A stretch of 64,000 bases of DNA from Octopus sinensis. Its lineage: Eukaryota. Numbering within the stretch: position 1 is the first letter of the stretch; each line of letters opens with the position of its first letter. This document shows positions 53,505 to 64,000 of the stretch, piece after piece. Made by a program: the position numbers and the translations under genes. The DNA lies in NCBI RefSeq assembly GCF_006345805.1, contig NC_043018.1, positions 22,568,001 through 22,632,000 on the forward strand, given 5' to 3'. Under the pieces are notes generated by a model. The model ran no database searches, had not been told where the DNA came from, and was given only the letters and a program-made list of their open reading frames with translations.

Positions 53505-54062
53505 TGGTCGTTGCCAGTACCGCTGGACTGGCTCCCGTGCAGGTGACACATTAAAAAACACCATATGCACGTGGTCGTTGCCAGTACCGCTGGACTGGCT
53601 CCTATGCAGGTGACACATTAAAAAACACCATATGAGCGTGGTCGTTGCCAGTACCGCTGGACTGGCTCCCGTACAGGTGACACATAAAAAAACACCATAT
53701 GCGCGTGGTCGTTGCCAGTACCGCTGGACTGGCTCCCGTACAGGTGACACATAAAAAAACACCATATGAGCGTGGTCGTTGACAGTACCGCTGGACTGGC
53801 TCCCGTGCAGGTGACACATAAAAAAACACCATATGAGCGTGGCCGTTGTCAGTACCGCCTGACTGGCCCTCATGCCAGTGGCACATGAAAGCACCTACTA
53901 CACTCTTGGAGTGGTTGGCATTAGGAAGGGCATCCAGCTGTAGAAACTCTGCCAGATCAGATTGGAGCCTGGTGCAGCCATCTGGTTCGCCAGTCCTCAG
54001 TCAAGCCATCCAACCCATGCCAGCATGGAAAGCGGACGTTAAACGATGATGATGATGATGAT
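53505..54062 (+). mobile_element. Interspersed repeat family D with an internal array of about 60-bp units and a (GAT)n tail (also 54525-54715, 59680-60030, 61030-61275, 63490-63640)
   Basis: Unit gcgtggtcgttgccagtaccgctggactggctcccgtgcaggtgacacataaaaaaacaccatat repeated about six times, then gagtggttggcgttaggaagggcatccagc. Confidence 0.75.
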
Positions 54063-55006
54063 GTCATTGCTCCTCAACTGTAAGGAACATAAGAACATAT
54101 TAGTGTGGGGTCACTGGTTCATGAACTTAAATTGTTTGTCTAACAAGGCCTGTCAGTCTATATCAGGGTCCCAGCAGACAAAATGGAATAGGCATTGCCT
54201 GGGAGGATGGTGAGGAAGACATGCTGAAACTGCCACTCTGATTCATGGGGCTCACACTTGTAGATGGCCCTCTCCACCTCTTCACCTAGCAGTGAGTAGG
54301 GATGTCTCGTTGCTTTGGTTCTGTCTTTCTGCATTTTGAATTTAACCCTTTAGCATTCAAACCGGCCATATCCGGCCAAAATATTTAACCTGTTTTATAT
54401 TGAAACTGACCAGATCTTGCCTCTCACCTCAGCCCTACCATGTCGTTCTAAAACTAAAAAAAATCACATCACTGAAATCTCTAAACTACAAGATAATGCA
54501 GGATTAATTCAAACCATTTTCAAGCGGGTGGCACGTAAAAAGCACCCACTACACTCTCGGAGTGGTTGGCGTTAGGAAGGGCATCCAGCCGTAGAAACAC
54601 TGCCAGATTTGACTGGGCCTGATGAAGCCTTCTGGCTTCGCAGACCCCAGTAGAACCGTCCAACCCATGCTAGCATGGAGAACGGACGCTAAACGATGAT
54701 GATGATGATGGTGATGAAACATCACATTTGACAGAATAATATGAACACTAAAGGGTTAAATCCTGATATACTAAACCAATTTCCTCCCCATCTCTCTCCC
54801 TCTGTGGTGGTGGTGGTGATGTGTAATCTTAAGTGTTGTAAAGAGCATTGCATCACAGTGGTTGATGTAATGAACAGCTGTTGCTATGTGCACGTAAGAC
54901 AGCTGCTTTGATTTGGACATGTGAAGAAGTAAGTAAGCAATGACTTCTTGGCCATATTCATAAAAGTGTGTATTTTAACGACAGAGACAGTATTAATGCC
55001 AAGAGT

Positions 55007-55387
55007 GGAGGTGCAATGGCCCAGTGGTTAGGGCAGCGGACTCGCGGTCATAGGATCGTGGTTTCGATTCCCAGACTGGGCGTTGTGTGTGTTTAGTGAG
55101 CGAAAACACCTAAAGCTCCATGAGGCTCTGGCAGGGGTTGGTGGTGATCCCTGCTGTACTCTTTCACCACAACTTTCTCTCACTCTTTCTTCCTGTTTCT
55201 GTTGTACCTGTATTTCAAAGGGCCGGCCTTGTCACTCTCTGTGTCACGCTGAATATCTCCGAGAACTACGTTAAGGGTACACGTGTCTGTGGAGTGCTCA
55301 GCCACTTACACGTTAATTTCACGAGCAGGTTGTTCCGTTGATCGGATCAACCGGAACCCTTGTCGTCGTAACCGACGGAGTGCTTCC
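55007..55387 (+). mobile_element. tRNA-derived SINE family C (also 2060-2575 with an internal duplication, 49580-49960, partial 43235-43420); related heads at 12907-13190 and 14800-15130
   Basis: A-box tggcccagtgg, B-box ggtttcgattccc, shared body ending accgacggagtgcttcca. Confidence 0.8.
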
Positions 55388-55602
55388 ATCAATTAATGCC
55401 AAGAAGCAATATTCATCATGGATGTTCTGTTGGAACAAACTATACTGAAGTAGATACCACAAGGGAAACTCTCACACAGGTTTTTGGTGCAAAATGCACA
55501 CTTGTTTATATCGCTAGTGGAGAGTCAAGCAAACATACAGTTTGCATCAAAAGCCAATAGAAGTTTCTCGGATCTTTACCTTTTGACGTACAGATTTTAA
55601 AA

Positions 55603-56149
55603 AATAATTTTTTTGTAACTAAACACTTTCAAACTTTGGACACTGGTAGAATGTGTCATATAAAACATGTTTTACTCTTAGCATTTTTGAGAAAAATTTA
55701 TATTTATGAAGTAATTTCACGTCAAAATAGGCCTATTTCAGTCATTTCAACCAATCAATGACGTGTATTCAGCTGAATAAAATTACTGCTGTTGTTTGTC
55801 AACAATAATTATCGATGGTGTATTTTTTATTTGTCACTGTTATTTATGACATTGTTTGTGCGTTTGTACTGGTTTTAGCTTTAAGGTTTTAGGGTTAGGG
55901 TTGTCATAAATGACAGTGACAAACGAAAAATACAGCACCGAAAGTTCTTGTTGACAAACAACGACAGTAATTTTATTCAGCTGAATACACATCATTGATT
56001 GGTTGAAATTACCGAAATAGGCCTACTTTAACGTGAAATTACTTCATAAATATAAATTTTTCTTAAAAATGCTAAGAGTAAAACATGTTTTATATGACAC
56101 ATTCTACCAGTGTCCGAAATTTGAAAGTGTTGAGTTACAAAGAATTATT
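55603..56149. mobile_element. Foldback/MITE with arms of about 250 bp and a TTAGGG-containing spacer
   Basis: 55603-55851 is an imperfect reverse complement of 55902-56149; the spacer contains ttttagggttagggtt. Confidence 0.8.
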
Positions 56150-56337
56150 CACCTACATATATATATATATATATATATATTTGTTGAAATGGAAAGATGA
56201 ATTTTCTTGTTACAGATTATTCAAAAGTTTAACCGATACCTGGGTAGCAAAAATCACAGCAGAAAAAACACGGTTGGAGATAAGACCATTTGGTGTTGCA
56301 ACCGTGCATTGGTGCGGATAATTGAAGTTTAATATAA

Positions 56338-56755
56338 TTAGTGAATGGAAGAAATGGAGTTGAACGAAGATTGTACAGAATTCCTTTTATTACATTCTAC
56401 ACATGTTTCAAGGGCCACAATTTTCCAAATTCTGATTAAATAAGGATACCATATTGCAGCTTTCTCTTCAGGAAAAACCAGGAATTACGTTGTCAGAACA
56501 AAACAAAACAGAGGCGCAGCAAAGCAATTCGAACGAGGACGCTCCTTAAGAGCCCATGGGTAAACTTGCTTTGCTGCGCCTCTGTTTTGTTTTGTTCTGA
56601 CAACGTAATTCCTGGTTTTTCCTGAAGAGAAAGCTGCAATATGGTATCCTTATTTAATCAGAATTTGGAAAATTGTGGCCCTTGAAACATGTGTAGAATG
56701 TAATAAAAGGAATTCTGTACAATCTTCGTTCAACTCCATTTCTTCCATTCACTAA
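56338..56755. mobile_element. Perfect 190-bp inverted repeat with a 38-nt loop and a possible hammerhead motif
   Basis: 56338-56527 matches the reverse complement of 56566-56755 with no mismatch seen. Contains UUC-CUGAAGA...GAAA-caugug-UA-GAA at 56619-56698. Confidence 0.8.
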
Positions 56756-56869
56756 ATATATATATATATATACACACATATATAGTTCATATCACAAGGT
56801 GAGGTCTTATCTCCATTCGACAACAGGTAAACAAGTACTAACATACACGAACACTCATTAGCACACATT

Positions 56870-57095
56870 TTATGCATGTATGTTAAATAACTTGTGATCG
56901 CGTGTGTACCGTTGGCGATTTTTTCCCTCTGTCTTCCCTTCTCTGGATCTTTCCTTCTCCTATGTTTCCGACGAAGAGCTCCGCTCGAAATGTTAAACCC
57001 CTCCTTCTTTCCTGAGCGTCCAATAATACTATATTTGTTCCACATCCTCGCGTTGTTGTGTTCTTTTGTGCTTTCTTGTTTGGATTAACTTTATG
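56870..57095 (+). mobile_element. Short repeat element with a decayed minimal hammerhead (56964-56998); architecturally similar motif at 16025-16060 (-)
   Basis: GUUU-cCGACGA-a-GAGC-ucc-GCUC-GAAA-ugu-UA-AAC, with U4 mutated to C. Confidence 0.55.
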
Positions 57096-57164
57096 TATGT
57101 GTATATATTTAATGATTTTTTTTTTTAATTCCTTTTCTTTTTTTTTTTTCTGTCTCCCAAACAG

Positions 57165-57314
57165 TCTATAACAAGTCTTGTAGCCTTAGACATTCAGACT
57201 GATCGTATCACATGGTTGAAAATGTCTCGAAACCTTGACGTAGTCGACTGGAATCAAACAATGATTTTCAATAAGCTCTATATGAAATATGATGTTACTG
57301 CATACTTTGAAAAG
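57165..57314 (+). CDS. TEFM: TEFM exon 3, start of the RuvC/Ydc2-like domain (SITSLVALDIQTDRITWLKMSRNLDVVDWNQTMIFNKLYMKYDVTAYFEK)
   Basis: acag|tct acceptor and aag|gtattc donor, 150 nt, phase 0-0; aligns with human NSIISIVFGTRRIAWAHLDRKLTVLDWQQ. Confidence 0.92.
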
Positions 57315-57550
57315 GTATTCTCTTTTCTTTCATATCACAACTAACCCTTTTGTTACACAATTTTTTTTTTTTATTTATTCATTTATTTTGTGTTTGGTTA
57401 GTGTTATTTCCTATTTGCTTCTCTCTAGAAATCAAAAAGAATAACTACCATCCCTTCAAACTTTGCTTCTGTGACCTGGACATCAGTGTTTTGAAACTGA
57501 CTTTATTTTCCATTACATTTCAGACTGATTCAGCACTGAGTGGCTGAAGC

Positions 57551-57632
57551 AGAATTTTCTAGAACTTTCTAAAAGTTTCAAGAACTTTCTAAAAGTTTCA
57601 AAAACTTCCAGAACGTTCTCGTGGTATAAATA
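57551..57632 (+). promoter_or_regulatory. Heat-shock-element array followed by a TATA box in TEFM intron 3
   Basis: aGAAttTTCtaGAActTTCtaAAAgtTTCaaGAActTTCt...TTCcaGAAcgTTCt in 5-bp register, then TATAAATA at 57625. Confidence 0.5.
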
Positions 57633-58044
57633 CAGAGATCGTAAGCTCAGTGTGTGCAGAGAAGCATAAATGTCACATTTTGCTTATATATTGTGTTTGT
57701 GTTCAGCGGTTCAACAGCTGTTTCGTTAGGATAAATATCATTAAATGTATAACTATATAATAAAATTTTAAAGTACTCTTTACTAAAATTATCAGGAATA
57801 TTATGTTATGTTAATCAGAAAACTTCTACGTTTATGCTAAGTATGTTGCTGTAAAAGATTGTTTTAACTGATTATGTATATAGGCATAGGAGTGACTGTG
57901 TGGTAAGTAGCTTGCTTACAAACCACATGGTTCCGGGTTCAGTCCCACTGTGTGGCACCTTGGGCAAGTGTCTTCTATTTTAACCTTGGGCCGACCAAAG
58001 CCTTGTGAGTGGATTTGGTAGACGAAAACTGAAAGAAGCCCGTC

Positions 58045-58083
<39 letters not shown>

Positions 58084-58453
58084 GTGTGTGTGTGTGTCTG
58101 TGTGTGTTTGCTAAATATTGTTGCTGGTGTGTTTACGTCCCCAGAACTTAGCGGTTCGGCAAAAGCCAATAGAATAAGTACTAGGCTTACAAAAGGCGGT
58201 GCTTCAGCATGGCCACAGTCAAATGACTGAAACAAGTGAAAGAGTATTCTTGTTAGTATGCCTCATCTGGATTTACTGCAATGTATTAACAACTGACAGT
58301 TTAATGACCTGTTATCACCTGAGCTCTTAATTACCTGGAGGAAATCCAGGTATTTGATTACATTTGAAACTAATAGTAATTGTAACATTTTTATTAATCT
58401 ACGAGAATATTTTATATACAGCATTAAAATTGATATATAAATTATTTCTTCAG

Positions 58454-58873
58454 ATTCATAATTGCATTGAAAACCTACCTAAAGCAAGTATATACACCCT
58501 GGAGAATAAAACCTACCGCTACCCAAGTCTACGAGTCGTACCATTTGTTGTCAGCCTACGAACCATCGAATCCATGCTGGTGACCATGTTGAACCATAAC
58601 TACAACGTGGACAAGACTCATCGTGTTTACACCATCAGACCGAATGCCATTAACAGACTCTTTAACCTGTCCATCGGGGGTGAACGAGTGAGTGGACAAC
58701 ACATATTCAGAGACATCATCAACCACAAAAGAACGTACTGTGACCTCGATGTAAATATATCTAGGCCACTCTCCGACCGCTTCTTCCAGTACGATACGGT
58801 GCAGCAAGAAAAGATAACCTGTTGTTTACTACAAGCACTATCATTTTACAAATTAATTATTCTCAATAAATGA
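58454..58873 (+). CDS. TEFM: TEFM exon 4, terminal (IHNCIENLPKASIYTLENK...CLLQALSFYKLIILNK*)
   Basis: ttcttcag|att acceptor, 139 aa plus TGA; LPKA..Y.LE and LLQAL.FY motifs. Joined protein is 336 aa. Confidence 0.94.
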   Translation: MHNCIENLPKASIYTLENKTYRYPSLRVVPFVVSLRTIESMLVTMLNHNYNVDKTHRVYTIRPNAINRLFNLSIGGERVSGQHIFRDIINHKRTYCDLDVNISRPLSDRFFQYDTVQQEKITCCLLQALSFYKLIILNK

Positions 58874-60976
58874 ATCTTTGATTTCCTACTTCATTCTGTC
58901 ATTAGACTGTGGCCATGTTGGGGCACTGCCTTGAAGAATTTTTAGTCAAATGTATCAACCCCAGTAATTATTCTTTTAAAGCCTGCTACTTATTCTATCA
59001 GTTTCTTTTGTTGAATTGCTAAGTCCATTGTATATACATTTATATATAGGACTTGTCCCAAACTTTGGCATCGAGAGTTACACAAATACTAGAACTGGGC
59101 ACCACTGCATAGTGCCAAGGACTCCAAATTTGCCATCAAGATGTAGGACAAGATACTGTGATAGCCTGGGCTTCAGAGGTCCACAGATCTTCAATATCCT
59201 CCCGAAGAACCTGAGAGACCTGCATGGGGTGGATGCAGATGTCTTTAAAATGAAACTGGATCTCTTCTTGTCAGGTATCCCAGATGAACCAACTTCACGG
59301 CAGGAGGTGCAGATGAGGGCAGCTGTATCAAACTCTCTCATGCACCAAATGGCAATTGCTAAAAAGAATTCGTGAAGTAAAATCATGTAGCAACACCAAA
59401 TGGTGGTGCCACAGCTCGTGAGCTGAAACTAGATAAAATAAAATAAAAAATAAATTTTAAAAAAATATATATATATATATATATATATAAACGGCAGTGC
59501 ATCAACATGGCCGCAGCAGTGCACCTTATATCTCAGGAATAATACCAGAAAATACTCAAATATTTAACAATATGTTAAGATATTTAAGGCTGTACCATTA
59601 GCTTATGTTTATCATATATGAAACACTGAAACAGTTCAGAAAAATTACATCCTATACATGAAAATACCTATAATTATACATGGCCGATGCCAGCGCCGCC
59701 TCGACTGGCTTCCGTGTCGGTGGCACGTAAAAAGCACCATCCGAATCGTGGCCGAAGCCAGTACCGCCTCGACTGGCTTCCGTGCCGGTGGCACGTAAAA
59801 TGCACCAATCTGACCGTGGCCAATGCCAGCCTCGCCTGGCACCAGTGCATGTGGCACGTAGAAAGCACCCACTACACTCATGGAGTGGTTGGCGTTAGGA
59901 AGGGCATCCAGCTGTAGAAACATTGCCAGATAAGACCGGAGCCTTGTGCAGCCTTCTGGCTTCCCAGATCCCCGGTCGAACCGTCCAACCCATGCTAGCA
60001 TGGAGAACAGACGTTAAGCGGTGATGATATATATATATATGTTTTTGTTTTTTATGTTCTCGTTTCATTGTTTCTAAGTTTTTTTTTATGTCCTGTACCC
60101 ATATATGAATGTATATATACATATACACTACCGTCAGAAATTAATTAGCACCCTTGATTTGCTCTTCACTCAAGGTATGTGCTGTCACCTAGTGGCCATA
60201 TCTCGAACTATTGCTTTGTTGCGAGTTCACTGTTGCGCAGAACGATGACGTAACTTTGCAGAGCAGTTTGAGAGTCTACAGCCTTATGATGTTGACATAG
60301 CAGTGCAACAAATTGGAGTGCGGATGCAGACAAATCTTCCTTTGTTTAATAGATATAGGTAGCGCCTCACAAGGACCGAAATCACACCATACTAAGTTTT
60401 CTCATCGCGTAAGACGTTTTGAACAGCTCATAGGTTAATTGATTTAACCTATTTAATGTAGAAATTTGAGAATTAATTTCTGACGCAAGTGTATATATGT
60501 AGGTAAGTAGATATATGTATCTACTTATATATATATATTATATATATAGAAAGAGAGAGAGGAAATGGTGAAGGGGAGAGGAGAAGAACAGGGAAAGAGT
60601 GAGAGAGAAAAACAGAAAGGAAGAACAAGAGAGTGAGATAGATAGACAGAAAAGAGAAAGAATAAATGTGCGCATCGTAATTATCAAGATAAAACTTACT
60701 TGGAAAAGGATGCGTGGCATTCGATCATATAATAATAATATAAATATATGCATATATGGGTACAGGACATCAAAACAATGAGACAGAATGAGAAACGAGA
60801 ACATGTATATAGGCGCAGGAGTGGCTGTGTGGTAAGTAGGTTGCTTACCAACCACATGGTTCCGGGTTCAGTCCCACTGCGTGGCATCTTGGGCAAGTGT
60901 CTTCTACTATAGCCTCGGGCCGACCAAAGCCTTGTGAGTAGATTTGGTAGACGGAAACTGAAAGAAGCCCGTCGTA

Positions 60977-61021
<45 letters not shown>

Positions 61022-61735
61022 TTGTGTCGGCTGGCCCCCGTGCTGGTGACACGTAAAAGCACCGTCCGTTCGTGGCCGTTTGCCAGCTCTGTCTGGCCCC
61101 GTGTCGGTGGCACGTAAAAAACACCCACTACACTCGCGGAGTGGTTGGCGTTAGGAAGGGCATCCAGCCGTAGAAACAATGCCAGATCTGACGAAGCCTT
61201 CCAGCTTCACAGACCCCAGTTGACCCGTCCAACCCATGCTAGCATGGAAAGCGGACGCTAAATGATGATGATGATGTGTGTGTATATGTTTGCGTTTGTC
61301 CCCCTAGCATTGCTTGACAACCGATGCTGGTGTGTTTACGTCCCCGTCACTTAGCGGTTCGGCAAAAAAGAGACCGATAGAATAAGTACTTGGCTTACGA
61401 GGAATAAGTTCCGGGGTCGATTTGCTCGACTAAAGGCGGTGCTCCAGCATGGCCGCAGTCAAATGACTGAAACAAGTAAAAGTGTAAAAGAGGCATAAAT
61501 TTATATATATATAGTTCAAATTCACAGAAAAACAAAAGACGAAGACAGGTGTAGGAACAAGCAAGTGTATTAGTTTAACACAAGAAAAATGGAAAATTCA
61601 TTTCCATTTCAAGCCTACATATACACACACATATATAGACGTGTATGTGCACGTATACAAATGTATGAATAAAAGTTAATTTATTTTTTGGTAATTATTT
61701 TCAGCTCTTGCTAATACACTTGACGATAGAGTTCT

Positions 61736-61855
61736 TCATGCTTCTAATCCAATTGACTTCAAGTACTCCTTTCGACACTCTAAGTCGTCATATGGCCTCG
61801 TGTGTGCTGTCCATACAGGCACTCCTTTGAAAAGCCGCATAGCTTTAATGTATTT
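61736..61855 (-). CDS. Probable terminal exon of an unidentified gene (KYIKAMRLFKGVPVWTAHTRPYDDLECRKEYLKSIGLEA*)
   Basis: Very strong polypyrimidine-cag acceptor; phase-0 reading gives a protein-like 39 aa plus TGA; AATAAA about 50 nt downstream on the minus strand. Homology not recognised. Confidence 0.6.
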   Translation of the reverse strand, partial: KYIKAMRLFKGVPVWTAHTRPYDDLECRKEYLKSIGLEA

Positions 61856-64000
61856 CTGAGAAAAATAGTGAAAAAAAAAAAAATTTAAAAAGAGAAAACT
61901 TACAAATCACATAAGCCAACACAAAATTAATTTATATATATATACTACTAATCTTTATATATAAAAGAGAAGTTGTGTGTCTGTCTCCTACGATTTAGAT
62001 TCCTAACTACTCCCACATTTTGCGGTGCAGTTTAACCAAAACTGGGTATCTTATAGTCATGATTCATATCGAGCCCTTCTGAGTATTAGCGCGCGTCTAC
62101 GATTTAAAAAAAAATTTACCATCATTTTTTTTCCATTTTAATGCATTTTTTCGATATTATATAAGGGAAGTAACTCTCTAAAAATGTCTACGATGAGTCA
62201 ACGATTTTAAAAAAAATTTACCATCATTTTTTTTCCATTTTTAATGCATTTTTTGGCTATAACTCTCTAAAAATGCTTATATAGTTATTTCCCTTACAAA
62301 CCCAAGCAATGCCGGGCGATACTGCTAGTATAGGATAAAATTTTTTTCAGAAAAAGTTTCACCTAAAGTGGCAGCATATTAAAAGTTTAAAAGTTAAAAT
62401 TTAAAATTATAAACAAGGGCAAAAGAAAAATTATTTCTATGCCAATATGCTGATAACATCGTCAATTTCCACATTTCATTATACATCTCTCTCTATATAA
62501 ACGGCAGTTTGTCTGTGTGTGTTTCTGTGTGTCTGTTTGGTTGTACCCTCACCCTGACCACGGCTTTCAACCGATTCTGATGAAACTTGACACACACATA
62601 GCCCAATGTCATAATTCAAAACTAACGCAGCGAAAATTTTGAAAAGTTCCCCCAGTTCTGAAAAAAATCGATAAATTCGACATGGGGTCGAGAATCAGAA
62701 ACACAAACCATAGACTGTCTAGGGGACGCAACTCGACCTTTTTAACTAAAAAAAAAATTTACCATAATTTTTTTTCCATTTTTTGGTTATAACTCTCTAA
62801 AAATGCTTTATAGTTATTTCCCTTACAAACCCGAGCAACGCCAGGCGATACTGCTAGTCCACTATAAATACATGTTGTGCTATATCCCCTCTCTCTCTTT
62901 CGGAGAGGCACTGAGCACCTACACGGACACACACACGGCAGTAACTTCCGCCTACCGAATTCAATGACAAAGCTTCGGTCGACTCGGGGCTAGAGCGGAA
63001 GACACCTACCCAAAGAGCCATGCAGTGGGACTGAACCCGAAACCATGTAGCTAGGAAGCAAGCTCCCTAACCACACAGCCATGTATATATATGGATAGAG
63101 AGTGGTGTGTGGCTATATTGTAAGAAGCTTGCTTCCCAACTACATGGTTCCAAGTTCAGTCTCACTCTGCAGCACCTTAGGCAAACGTCTTCTACAATAG
63201 CTTCAGGCCTACCAAAGCCTTATAAGGGGATTTGGTAGGTGGAAACTAAAAGAAGCTCATTATATGTGTGTGTGTTCTCTCACATTCATCTTCTATATTG
63301 ACCTCACACTGCTCTCTTTCCAGATGGATGAAGCCATGGATTCAACTCTTCAGCAAGACACTCACTCCTCTCCCTCTGCCATACTTTCCTATTCCTCAAC
63401 TTATACCCTTCTCAGTTGAGGGATCTTGTCTAGTAGGTAATTGGTGACTTTGCCAGTATTGATGCCTCGAAAAAGAAAAAAAAAACACAGCATACAGTGA
63501 AGTGGTTGGCATTATGAAGGGCATCCAGCTGTAGAGGCCAGACAAAACTGACATTGGAGTTCTGTGCAGCCAGTTGGCTCCTCAGTTCATGTCGAACAGT
63601 CCAACCCATGCCAATATGGAAAATATGACATTAAATGGTGATATTATGCATGCTCATATACAGTTAAAGTCAGAGTCTAATAAGAAGTACAAAAAATTTT
63701 TAGGAAATCAACTTTTTATTCAGCAAAAGAGACTGACAGAATAAGTACTAGGCTTACAAAGAATAAATCCTGGGGTCGATTTGCTCAATCGACTAAAGGT
63801 GGTGCTCCAGCATGGCCATAGTCAAATGACTGAGTAAAAGAGGAAGAACACAACACAACACCCAGTCTAGGAATTGAAATCAGGATCTCGCAATCATCAG
63901 TGCAACACCCTAACCCAGTGCTATTCAAACTTGTTGCTGGAGTGGAACCCCAAGGAAACATTCCACTGGCTCGAGGAACCCCTGTCCAAAAACTTAATAG

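Noticed and set aside
54620-54650. CTGATGA followed by a hairpin in repeat family D
   Set aside because: No GAAA or stem III/UH follows, and other family copies lack the core.
58364-58453. N-terminal part of the 169-aa ORF as a stand-alone gene
   Set aside because: TTG start in AT-rich intron sequence; homology begins only after the acceptor at 58454.

Overview
AT-rich, repeat-dense eukaryotic DNA, most likely an octopus (inferred from its tRNA-derived SINE families, non-autonomous Helitrons and extreme microsatellite load). None of the supplied long ORFs is a complete gene; two spliced genes were rebuilt by hand. (1) An indoleamine 2,3-dioxygenase-family gene (IDO / IDO-like myoglobin) on the minus strand, nine coding exons from 32118 to 1856 including a 15-nt microexon, 258 aa in the window and continuing past the left edge. 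(2) A complete four-exon mitochondrial transcription elongation factor TEFM on the plus strand (47422-58873, 336 aa), divergent from the IDO gene. A probable terminal exon of a third, unidentified minus-strand gene lies at 61736-61855. The rest is SINEs, decayed Tx1/L1, CR1-like and RTE-like LINEs, mariner/Tc1/Tigger remnants, Helitrons, MITE-like foldbacks and satellites. The most striking unannotated signal is about a dozen minimal type I hammerhead-ribozyme motifs of several unrelated sequence families. They sit inside long foldback hairpins and short direct-repeat pairs, the architecture of Penelope-like pseudo-LTRs and retrozymes. Most are decayed, one looks intact, and several are in sense orientation in introns. 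No CRISPR array, rRNA or true tRNA gene was found. Repeat boundaries are approximate; exon coordinates were read base by base.
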